Source of the DNA: the human T2T-CHM13v2.0 reference genome, Homo sapiens
Assembly (NCBI RefSeq): GCF_009914755.1
Contig: NC_060925.1
DNA length: 64,000 nucleotides
Direction: 5' to 3' (one strand)
Positions 1 through 14,217 of this stretch are shown here, one piece after another (the first letter of the stretch is position 1; every line of letters starts with the position of its first letter). A model generated the notes under the pieces. That model saw only the letters and a list, made by a program, of their open reading frames with translations. It had not been told where the DNA came from and ran no database searches. A program made the position numbers and the translations under genes.

Positions 1-405
1 ATGGAATCGAATGGAATTATCGAATGAAATCGAATGGAATTATCGAATGCAATCGAATAGAATCATCGAATGGACTCGAATGGAATCATCGAATGGAATG
101 GAATGGAACAGTCAATGAACTCGAATGGAATCATCATTGAATGGAATCGAATGGAATCATCGAGTGGAATCGAATGTAATCATCATCAAATGGAATCAAA
201 AATAACCATCATCAAATGGAATCAAAAATAACCATCATCAATTGGTATTGAATGGAATTCTCATCAAATGGAATTCAAAGGAATCATCATCAAATGGAAC
301 CGAATGGAATCCTCATTGAATGGAAATGAAAGGGGTCATCATCTAATGGAATCGCATGGAATCATCATCAAATGGAATCGAATGGAATCATCATCAAATG
401 GAATC

Positions 406-416
406 TAATGGAATCA
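406..416 (+). promoter_or_regulatory. TAATGGAATCA match to the DUX4 consensus TAAYBBAATCA (representative; recurs in most units)
   Basis: Seen in the context TCTAATGGAATCATT. DUX4 binding and activation of HSATII is established; occupancy of this copy is not shown by the sequence. Confidence 0.45.
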
Positions 417-749
417 TTGAAAAGAATTGAATGGAATAGTCATCGAATGAATTGAATGCAATCATCGAATGGTCTCGAATGGAATCATCTTCTAATGGAA
501 AGGAATGGAATCATCGCATAGAATCGAATGGAATTATCATCGAATGGAATCGAATGATATCAACACCAAACGGAAAATAACGGAATTATCGAATGGAATC
601 GAAGAGAATCTTCGAACGGACCCGAATGGAATCATCTAATGGAATGGAATGGAATAATCCATGGACTCGAATGCAATCATCATCGAATGGAATCGAATGG
701 AATCATCGAATGGACTCGAATGGAATAATCATTGAACGGAATCGAATGG

Positions 750-3700
750 AATCATCATCGGATGGAAACGAATGGAATCATCATCGAATGGAAATGAAAG
801 GAGTCATCATCTAATGGAATTGCATGGAATCATCATCAAATGGAATCGAATGGAATCAACATCAAATGGAATCAAATGGAATCATTGAACGGAATTGAAT
901 GGAATCGTCATCGAATGAATTGAATGCAATCATCGAATGGTCTCAAATGGAATCATCTTCAAATGGAATGGAATGGAATCATCGCATAGAATCGAATGGA
1001 ATTATCATCTAATGGAATCGAATGGAATCAACATCAAACGGAAAAAAACGGAATTATCGAATGGAATCGAAGAGAATCATCGAATGGACCCGAATGGAAT
1101 CATCTAATGGAATGGAATGGAATAATCCATGGACTCGAATGCAATCATCATCGAATGGAATCGAATGGAATCATCGAATGGACTCGAATGGAATAATCAT
1201 TGAACGGAATCGAATGGAATCGTCATCGGATGGAAATGAATGGAATCATCATCGAATGGAATCGAATAGAATTATGGAATGAAATCCAGGGTGATCATCA
1301 TCGAATGGACCCGAATGGAATCATCATCCAACGGAAGCTAATGGAATCAACATCGAATGAATCGAATGGAAACACCATCGAATTGAAACGAATGGAATTA
1401 CCATGAAATTGAAATGGATGGACTCATCATCGAATGGATTCGAATGGAATCATCGAATAAAATTGATTGAAATCATCATCGAATGGTATCGAATGGTATC
1501 ATTGAATGGAATCGAATGGAATCATCCTCAGATGGAAATGAATGGAATCGTCATAGAATGGAATCGAATGGATTCATTGAATGGAATCAGATGGAATCAA
1601 CGAATGGACTGGAATGGAATCATTGAATGGACTCGAAAGGGATCATTATTGAATGGAATTGAATGGAATCATCGAATGGTCCCGATTGGAATCATTATCA
1701 AATGGAATCGAATGGAATCACCGAATAGAATCGAATGGAACAATCATCGAATGGACTCAAATGGAATTATCCTCAAATGGAATCGAATGGAATTATCGAA
1801 TGCAATCGAATGGAATTATCGAATGCAATCGAATAGAATCATCGAATGGACTCGAATGGAATCATCGAATGGAATGGAATGGAACAGTCAATGAACTCGA
1901 ATGGAATCATCATTGAATGGAATCGAATGGAATCATCGAGTGGAATCGAATGGAATTATGATCAAATGGAATCGAATGTAATCATCATCAAATGGAATCA
2001 AAAATAACCATCATCAATTGGTATTGAATGGAATTCTCATCAAATGGAATTCAAAGGAATCATCATCAAATGGAACTGAATGGAATCCTCATTGAGTGGA
2101 AATGAAAGGGGTCATCATCTAATGGAATCGCATGGAATCATCATCAAATGGAATCGAATGGAATCATCATCAAATGGAATCTGATGGAATCATTGAACAG
2201 AATTGAATGGAATCGTCATCGAATGAATTGAATGCAATCATCAAATGGTCTCGAATGTAATCACATTCTAATGGAAAGGAATGGAATCATCGCATAGAAT
2301 AGAATGGAATTAACATTGAATGGACTCGAATGGAATCTACATCAAACGGAATCAAGCGGAATTATTGAATGGAGTCGAAGAGAATCATCGAATGGTCTCG
2401 AATGGAATCATCTTCTAATGGAAAGGAATGGAATCATCGCATAGAATCGAATGGAATTATCATCGAATGGAATCGAATGGTATCAACACCAAACGGAAAA
2501 AAACGGAATTATCGAATGGAATCGAAGAGAATCTTCGAAAGGACCCGAATGGAATCATCTAATGGAATGGAATGGAATAATCCATGGACTCGAATGCAAT
2601 CATCATCGAATGGAATCGAATGGAATCATCGAATGGACTCGAATGGAATAATCATTGAACGGACTCGATTGGAATCATCATCGGATGGAAACGAATGGAA
2701 TCATCATCGAATGGAAATGAAAGGAGTCATCATCTAATGGAATTGCATGGAATCATCATCAAATGGAATCGAATGGAATCAACATCAAATGGAATCAAAT
2801 GGAATCATTGAACGGAATTGAATGGAATCGTCATCGAATGAATTGAATGCAATCATCGAATGGTCTCAAATGGAATCATCTTCAAATGGAATGGAATGGA
2901 ATCATCGCATAGAATCGAATGGAATTATCATCGAATGGAATCGAATGGAATCAACATCCAACGGAAATAAACGGAATTATCGAATGGAATCGAAGAGAAT
3001 CATCGAATGGACCCGAATGGAATCATCTAATGGAATGGAATGGAATAATCCATGGACTCGAATGCAATCATCATCGAATGGAATCGAATGGAATCATCGA
3101 ATGGACTCGAATGGAATAATCATTGAACGGAATCGAGTGGAATCGTCATCGGATGGAAATGAATGGAATCATCATCGAATGGAATCGAATAGAATTATGG
3201 AATGAAATCCAGGGTGATCATCATCGAATGGACCCGAATGGAATCATCATCCAACGGAAGCTAATGGAATCAACATCGAATGAATCGAATGGAAACACCA
3301 TCGAATTGAAACGAATGGAATTACCATGAAATTGAAATGGATGGACTCATCATCGAATGGATTCGAATGGAATCATCGAATAAAATTGATTGAAATCATC
3401 ATCGAATGGTATCGAATGGTATCATTGAATGGAATCGAATGGAATCATCCTCAGATGGAAATGAATGGAATCGTCATAGAATGGAATCGAATGGATTCAT
3501 TGAATGCAATCAGATGGAATCAACGAATGGACTGGAATGGAATCATTGAATGGACTCGAAAGGGATCATTATTGAATGGAATTGAATGGAATCATCGAAT
3601 GGTCCCGATTGGAATCATTATCAAATGGAATCGAATGGAATCACCGAATAGAATCGAATGGAACAATCATCGAATGGACTCAAATGGAATTATCCTCAAA

Positions 3701-4680
3701 TGGAATCGAATGGAATTATCGAATGCAATCGAATGGAATTATCGAATGCAATCGAATAGAATCATCGAATGGACTCGAATGGAATCATCGAATGGAATGG
3801 AATGGAACAGTCAATGAACTCGAATGGAATCATCATTGAATGGAATCGAATGGAATCATCGAGTGGAATCGAATGGAATTATGATCAAATGGAATCGAAT
3901 GTAATCATCATCAAATGGAATCAAAAATAACCATCATCAATTGGTATTGAATGGAATTCTCATCAAATGGAATTCAAAGGAATCATCATCAAATGGAACT
4001 GAATGGAATCCTCATTGAATGGAAATGAAAGGGGTCATCATCTAATGGAATCGCATGGAATCATCATCAAATGGAATCGAATGGAATCATCATCAAATGG
4101 AATCTGATGGAATCATTGAACAGAATTGAATGGAATCGTCATCGAATGAATTGAATGCAATCATCAAATGGTCTCGAATGTAATCACATTCTAATGGAAA
4201 GGAATGGAATCATCGCATAGAATAGAATGGAATTAACATTGAATGGACTCGAATGGAATCTACATCAAACGGAATCAAGCGGAATTATTGAATGGAGTCG
4301 AAGAGAATCATCGAATGGTCTCGAATGGAATCATCTTCTAATGGAAAGGAATGGAATCATCGCATAGAATCGAATGGAATTATCATCGAATGGAATCGAA
4401 TGGTATCAACACCAAACGGAAAAAAACGGAATTATCGAATGGAATCGAAGAGAATCTTCGAAAGGACCCGAATGGAATCATCTAATGGAATGGAATGGAA
4501 TAATCCATGGACTCGAATGCAATCATCATCGAATGGAATCGAATGGAATCATCGAATGGACTCGAATGGAATAATCATTGAACGGACTCGATTGGAATCA
4601 TCATCGGATGGAAACGAATGGAATCATCATCGAATGGAAATGAAAGGAGTCATCATCTAATGGAATTGCATGGAATCATC
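750..4680 (+). repeat. Tandem pair of 1923-bp variant units (1776+147)
   Basis: Landmarks at 1403, 3326 and 5249 are 1923 bp apart. Both copies share the private alleles CAGGGTGATC, ATCATCCTCAG, GGTCCCGATT and GGACTCGATTGG. Boundaries are approximate. Confidence 0.88.
1339..1349 (+). promoter_or_regulatory. Second per-unit TAATGGAATCA match to the DUX4 consensus (representative)
   Basis: Seen in the context AAGCTAATGGAATCAAC, once in each unit that retains this segment. Motif match only. Confidence 0.45.
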
Positions 4681-7600
4681 ATAAAATGGAATCGAATGGA
4701 ATCAACATCAAATGGAATCAAATGGAATCATTGAACGGAATTGAATGGAATCGTCATCGAATGAATTGACTGCAATCATCCAATGGTATCGAATGGAATC
4801 ATCTTCAAATGGAATGGAATGGAATCATCGCATAGAATCGAATGGAATTATCATCGAATGGAATCGAATGGAATCAACATCCAACGGAAAAAAACGGAAT
4901 TATCGAATGGAATCGAAGAGAATCCTCGAATGGACCCGAATGGAATCATGTAATGGAATGGAATGGAATAATCCATGGACTCGAATGCAATCATCATCGA
5001 ATGGAATCGAATGGAATCATCAAATGGACTCGAATGGAATAATCATTGAACGGAATCGAATGGAATCATCATCGGATGGAAATGAATGGAATCATCATCG
5101 AATGGAATCGAATAGAATTATGGAATGAAATCCAGTGTGATCATCATCGAATGGACCCGAATGGAATCATCATCCAACGGAAGCTAATGGAATCAACATC
5201 GAATGAATCAAATGGAAACACCATCGAATTGAAACGAATGGAATTATCATGAAATTGAAATGGATGGACTCATCATCGAATGGATTAATGGAATCATCGA
5301 ATAAAATTGATTGAAATCATCATTGAATGGAATCGAATGGTATCATTGAATGGAATCGAATGGAATCATCATCAGATGGAAATGAATGGAATCGTCATAG
5401 AATGGAATCGAATGGATTCATTGAATGGAATCAGATGGAATCATCGAATGGACTGGAATGGAATCATTGAATGGACTCGAAAGGGATCATTATTGAATGG
5501 AATTGAATGGAATCATCGAATGGTCTCGATTGGAATCATTATCAAATGGAATCGAATGGAATCACCGAATAGAATCGAATGGAACAATCATCGAATGGAC
5601 TCAAATGGAATTATCCTCAAATGGAATCGAATGGAATTATCGAATGCAATCGAATGGAATTATCGAATGCAATCGAATAGAATCATCGAATGGACTCGAA
5701 TGGAATCATCGAATGGAATGGAATGGAACAGTCAATGAACTCGAATGGAATCATCATTGAATGGAATCGAATGGAATCATCGAGTGGAATCGAATGGAAT
5801 TATGATCAAATGGAATCGAATGTAATCATCATCAAATGGAATCAAAAATAACCATCATCAATTGGTATTGAATGGAATTGTCATCAAATGGAATTCAAAG
5901 GAATCATCATCAAATGGAACCGAATGGAATCCTCATTGAATGGAAATGAAAGGGGTCATCATCTAATGGAATCGCATGGAATCATCATCAAATGGAATCG
6001 AATGGAATCATCATCAAATGGAATCTAATGGAATCATTGAACAGAATTGAATGGAATCGTCATCGAATGAATTGAATGCCATCATCGAATGGTCTCGAAT
6101 GGAATCATCTTCTAATGGAAAGGAATGGAATCATCACATAGAATCGAATGGAATTATCATCGAATGGAATCGAATGGTATCAACACCAAACGGAAAAAAA
6201 CGGAATTATCAAATGGAATCGAAGAGAATCTTCGAACGGACCCGAATGGAATCATCTAATGGAATGGAATGGAATAATCCATGGACTCGAATGCAATCAT
6301 CATCGAATGGAATCGAATGGAATCATCGAATGGACTCGAATGGAATAATCATTGAACGGAATCGAAAGGAATCATCATCGGATGGAAACGAATGGAATCA
6401 TCATCGAATGGAAATGAAAGGAGTCATCATCTAATGGAATTGCATGGAATCATCATAAAATGGAATCGAATGGAATCAACATCAAATGGAATCAAATGGA
6501 ATCATTGAACGGAATTGAATGGAATCATCATCGAATGAATTGACTGCAATCACCCAATGGTCTCGAATGGAATCATCTTCAAATGGAATGGAATGGAATC
6601 ATCGCATAGAATCGAATGGAATTATCATCGAATGGAATCGAATGGAATCAACATCAAACGGAAAAAAACGGAATTATCGAATGGAATCGAAGAGAATCAT
6701 CGAATGGACCCGAATGGAATCATCTAATGGAATGGAATGGAATAATCCATGGACTCGAATGCAATCATCATCGAATGGAATCGAATGGAATCATCGAATG
6801 GACTCGAATGGAATAATCATTGAACGGAATCGAATGGAATCATCATCGGATGGAAATGAATGGAATCATCATCGAATGGAATCGAATAGAATTATGGAAT
6901 GAAATCCAGTGTGATCATCATCGAATGGACCCGAATGGAATCATCATCCAACGGAAGCTAATGGAATCAACATCGAATGAATCAAATGGAAACACCATCG
7001 AATTGAAACGAATGGAATTATCATGAAATTGAAATGGATGGACTCATCATCGAATGGATTCGAATGGAATCATCGAATAAAATTGATTGAAATCATCATC
7101 GAATGGAATCGAATGGTATCATTGAATGGAATCGAATGGAATCATCATCAGATGGAAATGAATGGAATCGTCATAGAATGGAATCGAATGGATTCTTTGA
7201 ATGGAATCAGATGGAATCATCGAATGGACTGGAATGGAATCATTGAATGGACTCGAAAGGGATCATGATTGAATGGAATTGAATGGAATCATCGAATGGT
7301 CTCGATTGGAATCATTATCAAATGGAATCGAATGGAATCACCGAATAGAATCGAATGGAACAATCATCGAATGGACTCAAATGGAATTATCCTCCAATGG
7401 AATGGAATGGAATTATCGAATGCAATCGAATGGAATTATCGAATGCAATCGAATAGAATCATCGAATGGACTCGAATGGAACCATCGAATGGAATGGAAT
7501 GGAACAGTCAATGAACTCGAATGGAATCATCATTGAATGGAATCGAATGGAATCATCGAGTGGAATCGAATGGAATTATGATCAAATGGAATCGAATGTA

Positions 7601-7713
7601 ATCATCATCAAATGGAATCAAAAATAACCATCATCAATTGGTATTGAATGGAATTGTCATCAAATGGAATTCAAAGGAATCATCATCAAATGGAACCGAA
7701 TGGAATCCTCATT

Positions 7714-8181
7714 GAATGGAAATGAAAGGGGTCATCATCTAATGGAATCGCATGGAATCATCATCAAATGGAATCGAATGGAATCATCATCAAATGGAAT
7801 CTAATGGAATCATTGAACAGAATTGAATGGAATCGTCATCGAATGAATTGAATGCAATCATCGAATGGTCTCGAATGGATTCGTCTTCTAATGGAAAGGA
7901 ATGGAATCATCGCATAGAATCGAATGGAATTATCATCGAATGGAATCGAATGGTATCAACACCAAACGGAAAAAAACGGAATTATCGAATGGAATCGAAG
8001 AGAATCTTCGAACGGACCCGAATGGAATCATCTAATGGAATGGAATGGAATAATCCATGGACTCGAATGCAATCATCATCGAATGGAATCGAATGGAATC
8101 ATCGAATGGACTCGAATGGAATAATCATTGAACGGAATCGATTGGAATCATCATCGGATGGAAACGAATGGAATCATCATC
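7714..8181 (+). repeat. 468-bp internal subunit A (representative copy)
   Basis: Begins GAATGGAAATGAAAGGGGTC. Diagnostic alleles are TTCTAATGGAAAGG, GGTATCAACACCAAAC, ATCTTCGAACGG and GGAAACGAATGG. It aligns to the following 468 bp. Confidence 0.9.
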
Positions 8182-8649
8182 GAATGGAAATGAAAGGAGT
8201 CATCATCTAATGGAATTGCATGGAATCATCATAAAATGGAATCGAATGGAATCAACATCAAATGGAATCAAATGGAATCATTGAACGGAATTGAATGGAA
8301 TCGTCATCGAATGAATTGACTGCAATCATCCAATGGTCTCGAATGGAATCATCTTCAAATGGAATGGAATGGAATCATCGCATAGAATCGAATGGAATTA
8401 TCATCGAATGGAATCGAATGGAATCAACATCCAACGGAAAAAAACGGAATTATCGAATGGAATCGAAGAGAATCATCGAATGGACCCGAATGGAATCATG
8501 TAATGGAATGGAATGGAATAATCCATGGACTCGAATGCAATCATCATCGAATGGAATCGAATGGAATCATCGAATGGACTCGAATGGAATAATCATTGAA
8601 CGGAATCGAATGGAATCATCATCGGATGGAAATGAATGGAATCATCATC
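8182..8649 (+). repeat. 468-bp internal subunit B (representative copy)
   Basis: Begins GAATGGAAATGAAAGGAGTC at 8182, 468 bp after 7714. Diagnostic alleles are TTCAAATGGAATGG, GGAATCAACATC, ATCATCGAATGGACCC and GGAAATGAATGG. Paired pseudo-ORF starts at 7827 and 8295 are also 468 bp apart. Confidence 0.9.
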
Positions 8650-9489
8650 GAATGGAATCGAATAGAATTATGGAATGAAATCCAGTGTGATCATCATCGA
8701 ATGGACCCGAATGGAATCATCATCCAACGGAAGCTAATGGAATCAACATCGAATGAATCAAATGGAAACACCATCGAATTGAAACGAATGGAATTATCAT
8801 GAAATTGAAATGGATGGACTCATCATCGAATGGATTCGAATGGAATCATCGAATAAAATTGATTGAAATCATCATCGAATGGAATCGAATGGTATCATTG
8901 AATGGAATCGAATGGAATCATCATCAGATGGAAATGAATGGAATCGTCATAGAATGGAATCGAATGGATTCATTGAATGGAATCAGATGGAATCATCGAA
9001 TGGACTGGAATGGAATCATTGAATGGACTCGAAAGGGATCATGATTGAATGGAATTGAATGGAATCATCGAATGGTCTCGATTGGAATCATTATCAAATG
9101 GAATCGAATGGAATCACCGAATAGAATCGAATGGAACAATCATCGAATGGACTCAAATGGAATTATCCTCAAATGGAATCGAATGGAATTATCGAATGCA
9201 ATCGAATGGAATTATCGAATGCAATCGAATAGAATCATCGAATGGACTCGAATGGAATCATCGAATGGAATGGAATGGAACAGTCAATGAACTCGAATGG
9301 AATCATCATTGAATGGAATCGAATGGAATCATCGAGTGGAATCGAATGGAATTATGATCAAATGGAATCGAATGTAATCATCATCAAATGGAATCAAAAA
9401 TAACCATCATCAATTGGTATTGAATGGAATTGTCATCAAATGGAATTCAAAGGAATCATCATCAAATGGAACCGAATGGAATCCTCATT
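8650..9489 (+). repeat. ~840-bp non-duplicated part of the 1776-bp unit (representative copy)
   Basis: Contains the once-per-unit landmarks CCAGTGTGATC, CGGAAGCTAATGG, GAAACACCATC, CGAAAGGGATC, GAACAGTCAATG, AAAATAACC and GAATTCAAAGG. Confidence 0.85.
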
Positions 9490-12400
9490 GAATGGAAATG
9501 AAAGGGGTCATCATCTAATGGAATCGCATGGAATCATCATAAAATGGAATCGAATGGAATCAACATCAAATGGAATCAAATGGAATCATTGAACGGAAGA
9601 GAATGGAATCGTCATCGAATGAATTGGATGCAATCATCGAATGGTCTCGAATGGAATCTTCTTCAAATGGAATGGAATGGAATCATCGCATAGAATCGAA
9701 TGGAATTATCATCGAATGGAATCGAATGGAATCAACATCAAACGGAAAAAAACGGAATTATCGAATGGAACCGAAGAGAATCATCGAATGGACCCGAATG
9801 GAATCATCTAATAGAATGGAATGGAATAATCCATGGACTCGAATGCAATCATCATCGAATGGAATCGAATGGAATCATCGAATGGACTCGAATGGAATAA
9901 TCATTGAACGGAATCGATTGGAATCATCATCGGATGGAAACGAATGGAATCATCATCGAATGGAAATGAAAGGAGTCATCATCTAATGGAATTGCATGGA
10001 ATCATCATAAAATGGAATCGAATGGAATCAACATCAAATGGAATCAAATGGAATCATTGAACGGAATTGAATGGAATCGTCATCGAATGAATTGACTGCA
10101 ATCATCCAATGGTCTCGAATGGAATCATCTTCAAATGGAATGGAATGGAATCATCGCATAGAAGCGAATGGAATTATCATCGAATGGAATCGAATGGAAT
10201 CAACATCCAACGGAAAAAAACGGAATTATCGAATGGAATCGAAGAGAATCATCGAATGGACCCGAATGGAATCATCTAATGGAATGGAATGGAATAATCC
10301 ATGGACTCGAATGCAATCATCATCGAATGGAATCGAATGGAATCATCGAATGGACTCGAATGGAATAATCATTGAACGGAATCGAATGGAATCATCATCG
10401 GATGGAAATGAATGGAATCATCATCGAATGGAATCGAATAGAATTATGGAATGAAATCCAGTGTGATCATCATCGAATGGACCCGAATGGAATCATCATC
10501 CAACGGAAGCTAATGGAATCAACATCGAATGAATCAAATGGAAACACCATCGAATTGAAACGAATGGAATTATCATGAAATTGAAATGGATGGACTCATC
10601 ATCGAATGGATTCGAAAGGAATCATCGAATAAAATTGATTGAAATCATCATCGAATGGAATCGAATGGTATCATTGAATGGAATCGAATGGAATCATCAT
10701 CAGATGGAAATGAATGGAATCGTCATAGAATGGAATCGAATGGATTCATTGAATGGAATCAGATGGAATCATCGAATGGACTGGAATGGAATCATTGAAT
10801 GGACTCGAAAGGGATCATGATTGAATGGAATTGAATGGAATCATCGAATGGTCTCGATTGGAATCATTATCAAATGGAATCGAATGGAATCACCGAATAG
10901 AATCGAATGGAACAATCATCGAATGGACTCAAATGGAATTATCCTCCAATGGAATCGAATGGAATTATCGAATGCAATCGAATGGAATTATCGAATGCAA
11001 TCGAATAGAATCATCGAATGGACTCGAATGGAATCATCGAATGGAATGGAATGGAACAGTCAATGAACTCGAATGGAATCATCATTGAATGGAATCGAAT
11101 GGAATCATCGAGTGGAATCGAATGGAATTATGATCAAATGGAATCGAATGTAATCATCATCAAATGGAATCAAAAATAACCATCATCAATTGGTATTGAA
11201 TGGAATTGTCATCAAATGGAATTCAAAGGAATCAATATCAAATGGAACCGAATGGAATCCTCATTGAATGGAAATGAAAGGGGTCATCATCTAATGGAAT
11301 CGCATGGAATCATCATCAAATGGAATCGAATGGAATCATCATCAAATGGAATCTAATGGAATCATTGAACAGATTTGAATGGAATCGTCATCGAATGAAT
11401 TGAATGCAATCATCGAATGGTCTCGAATGGAATCATCTTCTAATGGAAAGGAATGGAATCATCGCATAGAATCGAATGGAATTATCATCGAATGGAATCG
11501 AATGGTATCAACACCAAACGGAAAAAAACGGAATTATCGAATGGAATCGAAGAGAATCTTCGAACGGACCCGAATGGAATCATCTAATGGAATGGAATGG
11601 AATAATCCATGGACTCGAATGCAATCATCATCGAATGGAATCGAATGGAATCATCGAATGGACTCGAATGGAATAATCATTGAACGGAATCGAATGGAAT
11701 CATCATCGGATGGAAACGAATGGAATCATCATCGAATGGAAATGAAAGGAGTCATCATCTAATGGAAATGCATGGAATCATCATAAAATGGAATCGAATG
11801 GAATCAACATCAAATGGAATCAAATGGAATCATTGAACGGAATTGAATGGAATCGTCATCGAATGAATTGACTGCAATCATCCAATGGTCTCGAATGGAA
11901 TCATCTTCAAATGGAATGGAATGGAATCATCGCATAGAATCGAATGGAATTATCATCGAATGGAATCGAATGGAATCAACATCAAACGGAAAAAAACGGA
12001 ATTATCGAATGGAATCGAAGAGAATCATCGAATGGACCCGAATGGAATCATCTAATGGAATGGAATGGAATAATCCATGGACTCGAATGCAATCATCATC
12101 GAATGGAATCGAATGGAATCATCGAATGGACTCGAATGGAATAATCATTGAACGGAATCGAATGGAATCATCATCGGATGGAAATGAATGGAATCATCAT
12201 CGAATGGAATCGAATAGAATTATGGAATGAAATCCAGTGTGATCATCATCGAATGGACCCGAATGGAATCATCATCCAACGGAAGCTAATGGAATCAACA
12301 TCGAATGAATCGAATGGAAACACCATCGAATTGAAACGAATGGAATTATCATGAAATTGAAATGGATGGACTCATCATCGAATGGATTCCAATGGAATCA

Positions 12401-13154
12401 TCGAATAAAATTGATTGAAATCATCATCGAATGGAATCGAATGGTATCATTGAATGGAATCGAATGGAATCATCATCAGATGGAAATGAATGGAATCGTC
12501 ATAGAATGGAATCGAATGGATTCATTGAATGGAATCAGATGGAATCATCGAATGGACTGGAATGGAATAATTGAATGGACTCGAAAGGGATCATGATTGA
12601 ATGGAATTGAATGGAATCATCGAATGGTCTCGATTGGAATCATTATCAAATGGAATCGAATGGAATCACCGAATAGAATCGAATGGAACAATCATCGAAT
12701 GGACTCAAATGGAATTATCCTCAAATGGAATCGAATGGAATTATCGAATGCAATCGAATGGAATTATCGAATGCAATCGAATAGAATCATCGAATGGACT
12801 CGAATGGAATCATCGAATGGAATGGAATGGAACAGTCAATGAACTCGAATGGAATCATCATTGAATGGAATCGAATGGAATCATCGAGTGGAATCGAATG
12901 GAATTATGATCAAATGGAATCGAATGTAATCATCATCCAATGGAATCAAAAATAACCATCATCAATTGGTATTGAATGGAATTGTCATCAAATGGAATTC
13001 AAAGGAATCATCATCAAATGGAACCGAATGGAATCCTCATTGAATGGAAATGAAAGGGGTCATCATCTAATGGAATCGCATGGAATCATCATCAAATGGA
13101 ATCGAATGGAATCATCATCAAATGGAATCTAATGGAATCATTGAACAGAATTGA

Positions 13155-14217
13155 ATGGAATCGTCATCGAATGAATTGAATGCAATCATCGAATGGTCTC
13201 GAATGGAATCATCTTCTAATGGAAAGGAATGGAATCATCGCATAGAATCGAATGGAATTATCATCGAATGGAATCGAATGGTATCAACACCAAACGGAAA
13301 AAAACGGAATTATCGAATGGAATCGAAGAGAATCTTCGAACGGACCCGAATGGAATCATCTAATGGAATGGAATGGAATAATCCATGGACTCGAATGCAA
13401 TCATCATCGAATGGAATCGAATGGAATCATCGAATGGACTCGAATGGAATAATCATTGAACGGAATCGAATGGAATCATCATCGGATGGAAACGAATGGA
13501 ATCATCATCGAATGGAAATGAAAGGAGTCATCATCTAATGGAATTGCATGGAATCATCATAAAATGGAATCGAATGGAATCAACATCAAATCGAATCAAA
13601 CGGAATCATTGAACGGAATTGAATGGAATCGTCATCGAATGAATTGACTGCAATCATCGAATGGTCTCGAATGGAATCATCTTCAAATGGAATGGAATGG
13701 AATCATCGCATAGAATCGAATGGAATTATCACCGAATGGAATCGAATGGAATCAACATCAAACGGAAAAAAACGGAATTATCGAATGGAATCGAAGAGAA
13801 TCATCGAATGGACCCGAATGGAATCATCTAATGGAATGGAATGGAATAATCCATGGACTCGAATGCAATCATCATCGAATGGAATCGAATGGAATCATCG
13901 AATGAACTCGAATGGAATCATCATTGAATGGAATCGAATGGAATCATCGAGTGGAATCGAATGGAATTATGATCAAATGGAATCGAATGTAATCATCATC
14001 AAATGGAATCAAAAATAACCATCATCAATTGGTATTGAATGGAATTGTCATCAAATGGAATTCAAAGGAATCATCATCAAATGGAACCGAATGGAATCCT
14101 CATTGAATGGAAATGAAAGGGGTCATCATCTAATGGAATCGCATGGAATCATCATCAAATGGAATCGAATGGAATCATCATCAAATGGAATCTAATGGAA
14201 TCATTGAACAGAATTGA
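13155..14217 (+). repeat. 1063-bp deleted unit (713-bp deletion), copy 1
   Basis: A-subunit pseudo-ORF starts are at 13155 and 14218. The junction ATCATCGAATGAACTCGAATGG lies near 13894-13915. Confidence 0.9.

Noticed and set aside
605-620. Heat-shock element-like GAATCTTCGAA in subunit A
   Set aside because: Only two correctly spaced inverted nGAAn units are present; the third is out of register. There is no basis for calling an HSF1 site.
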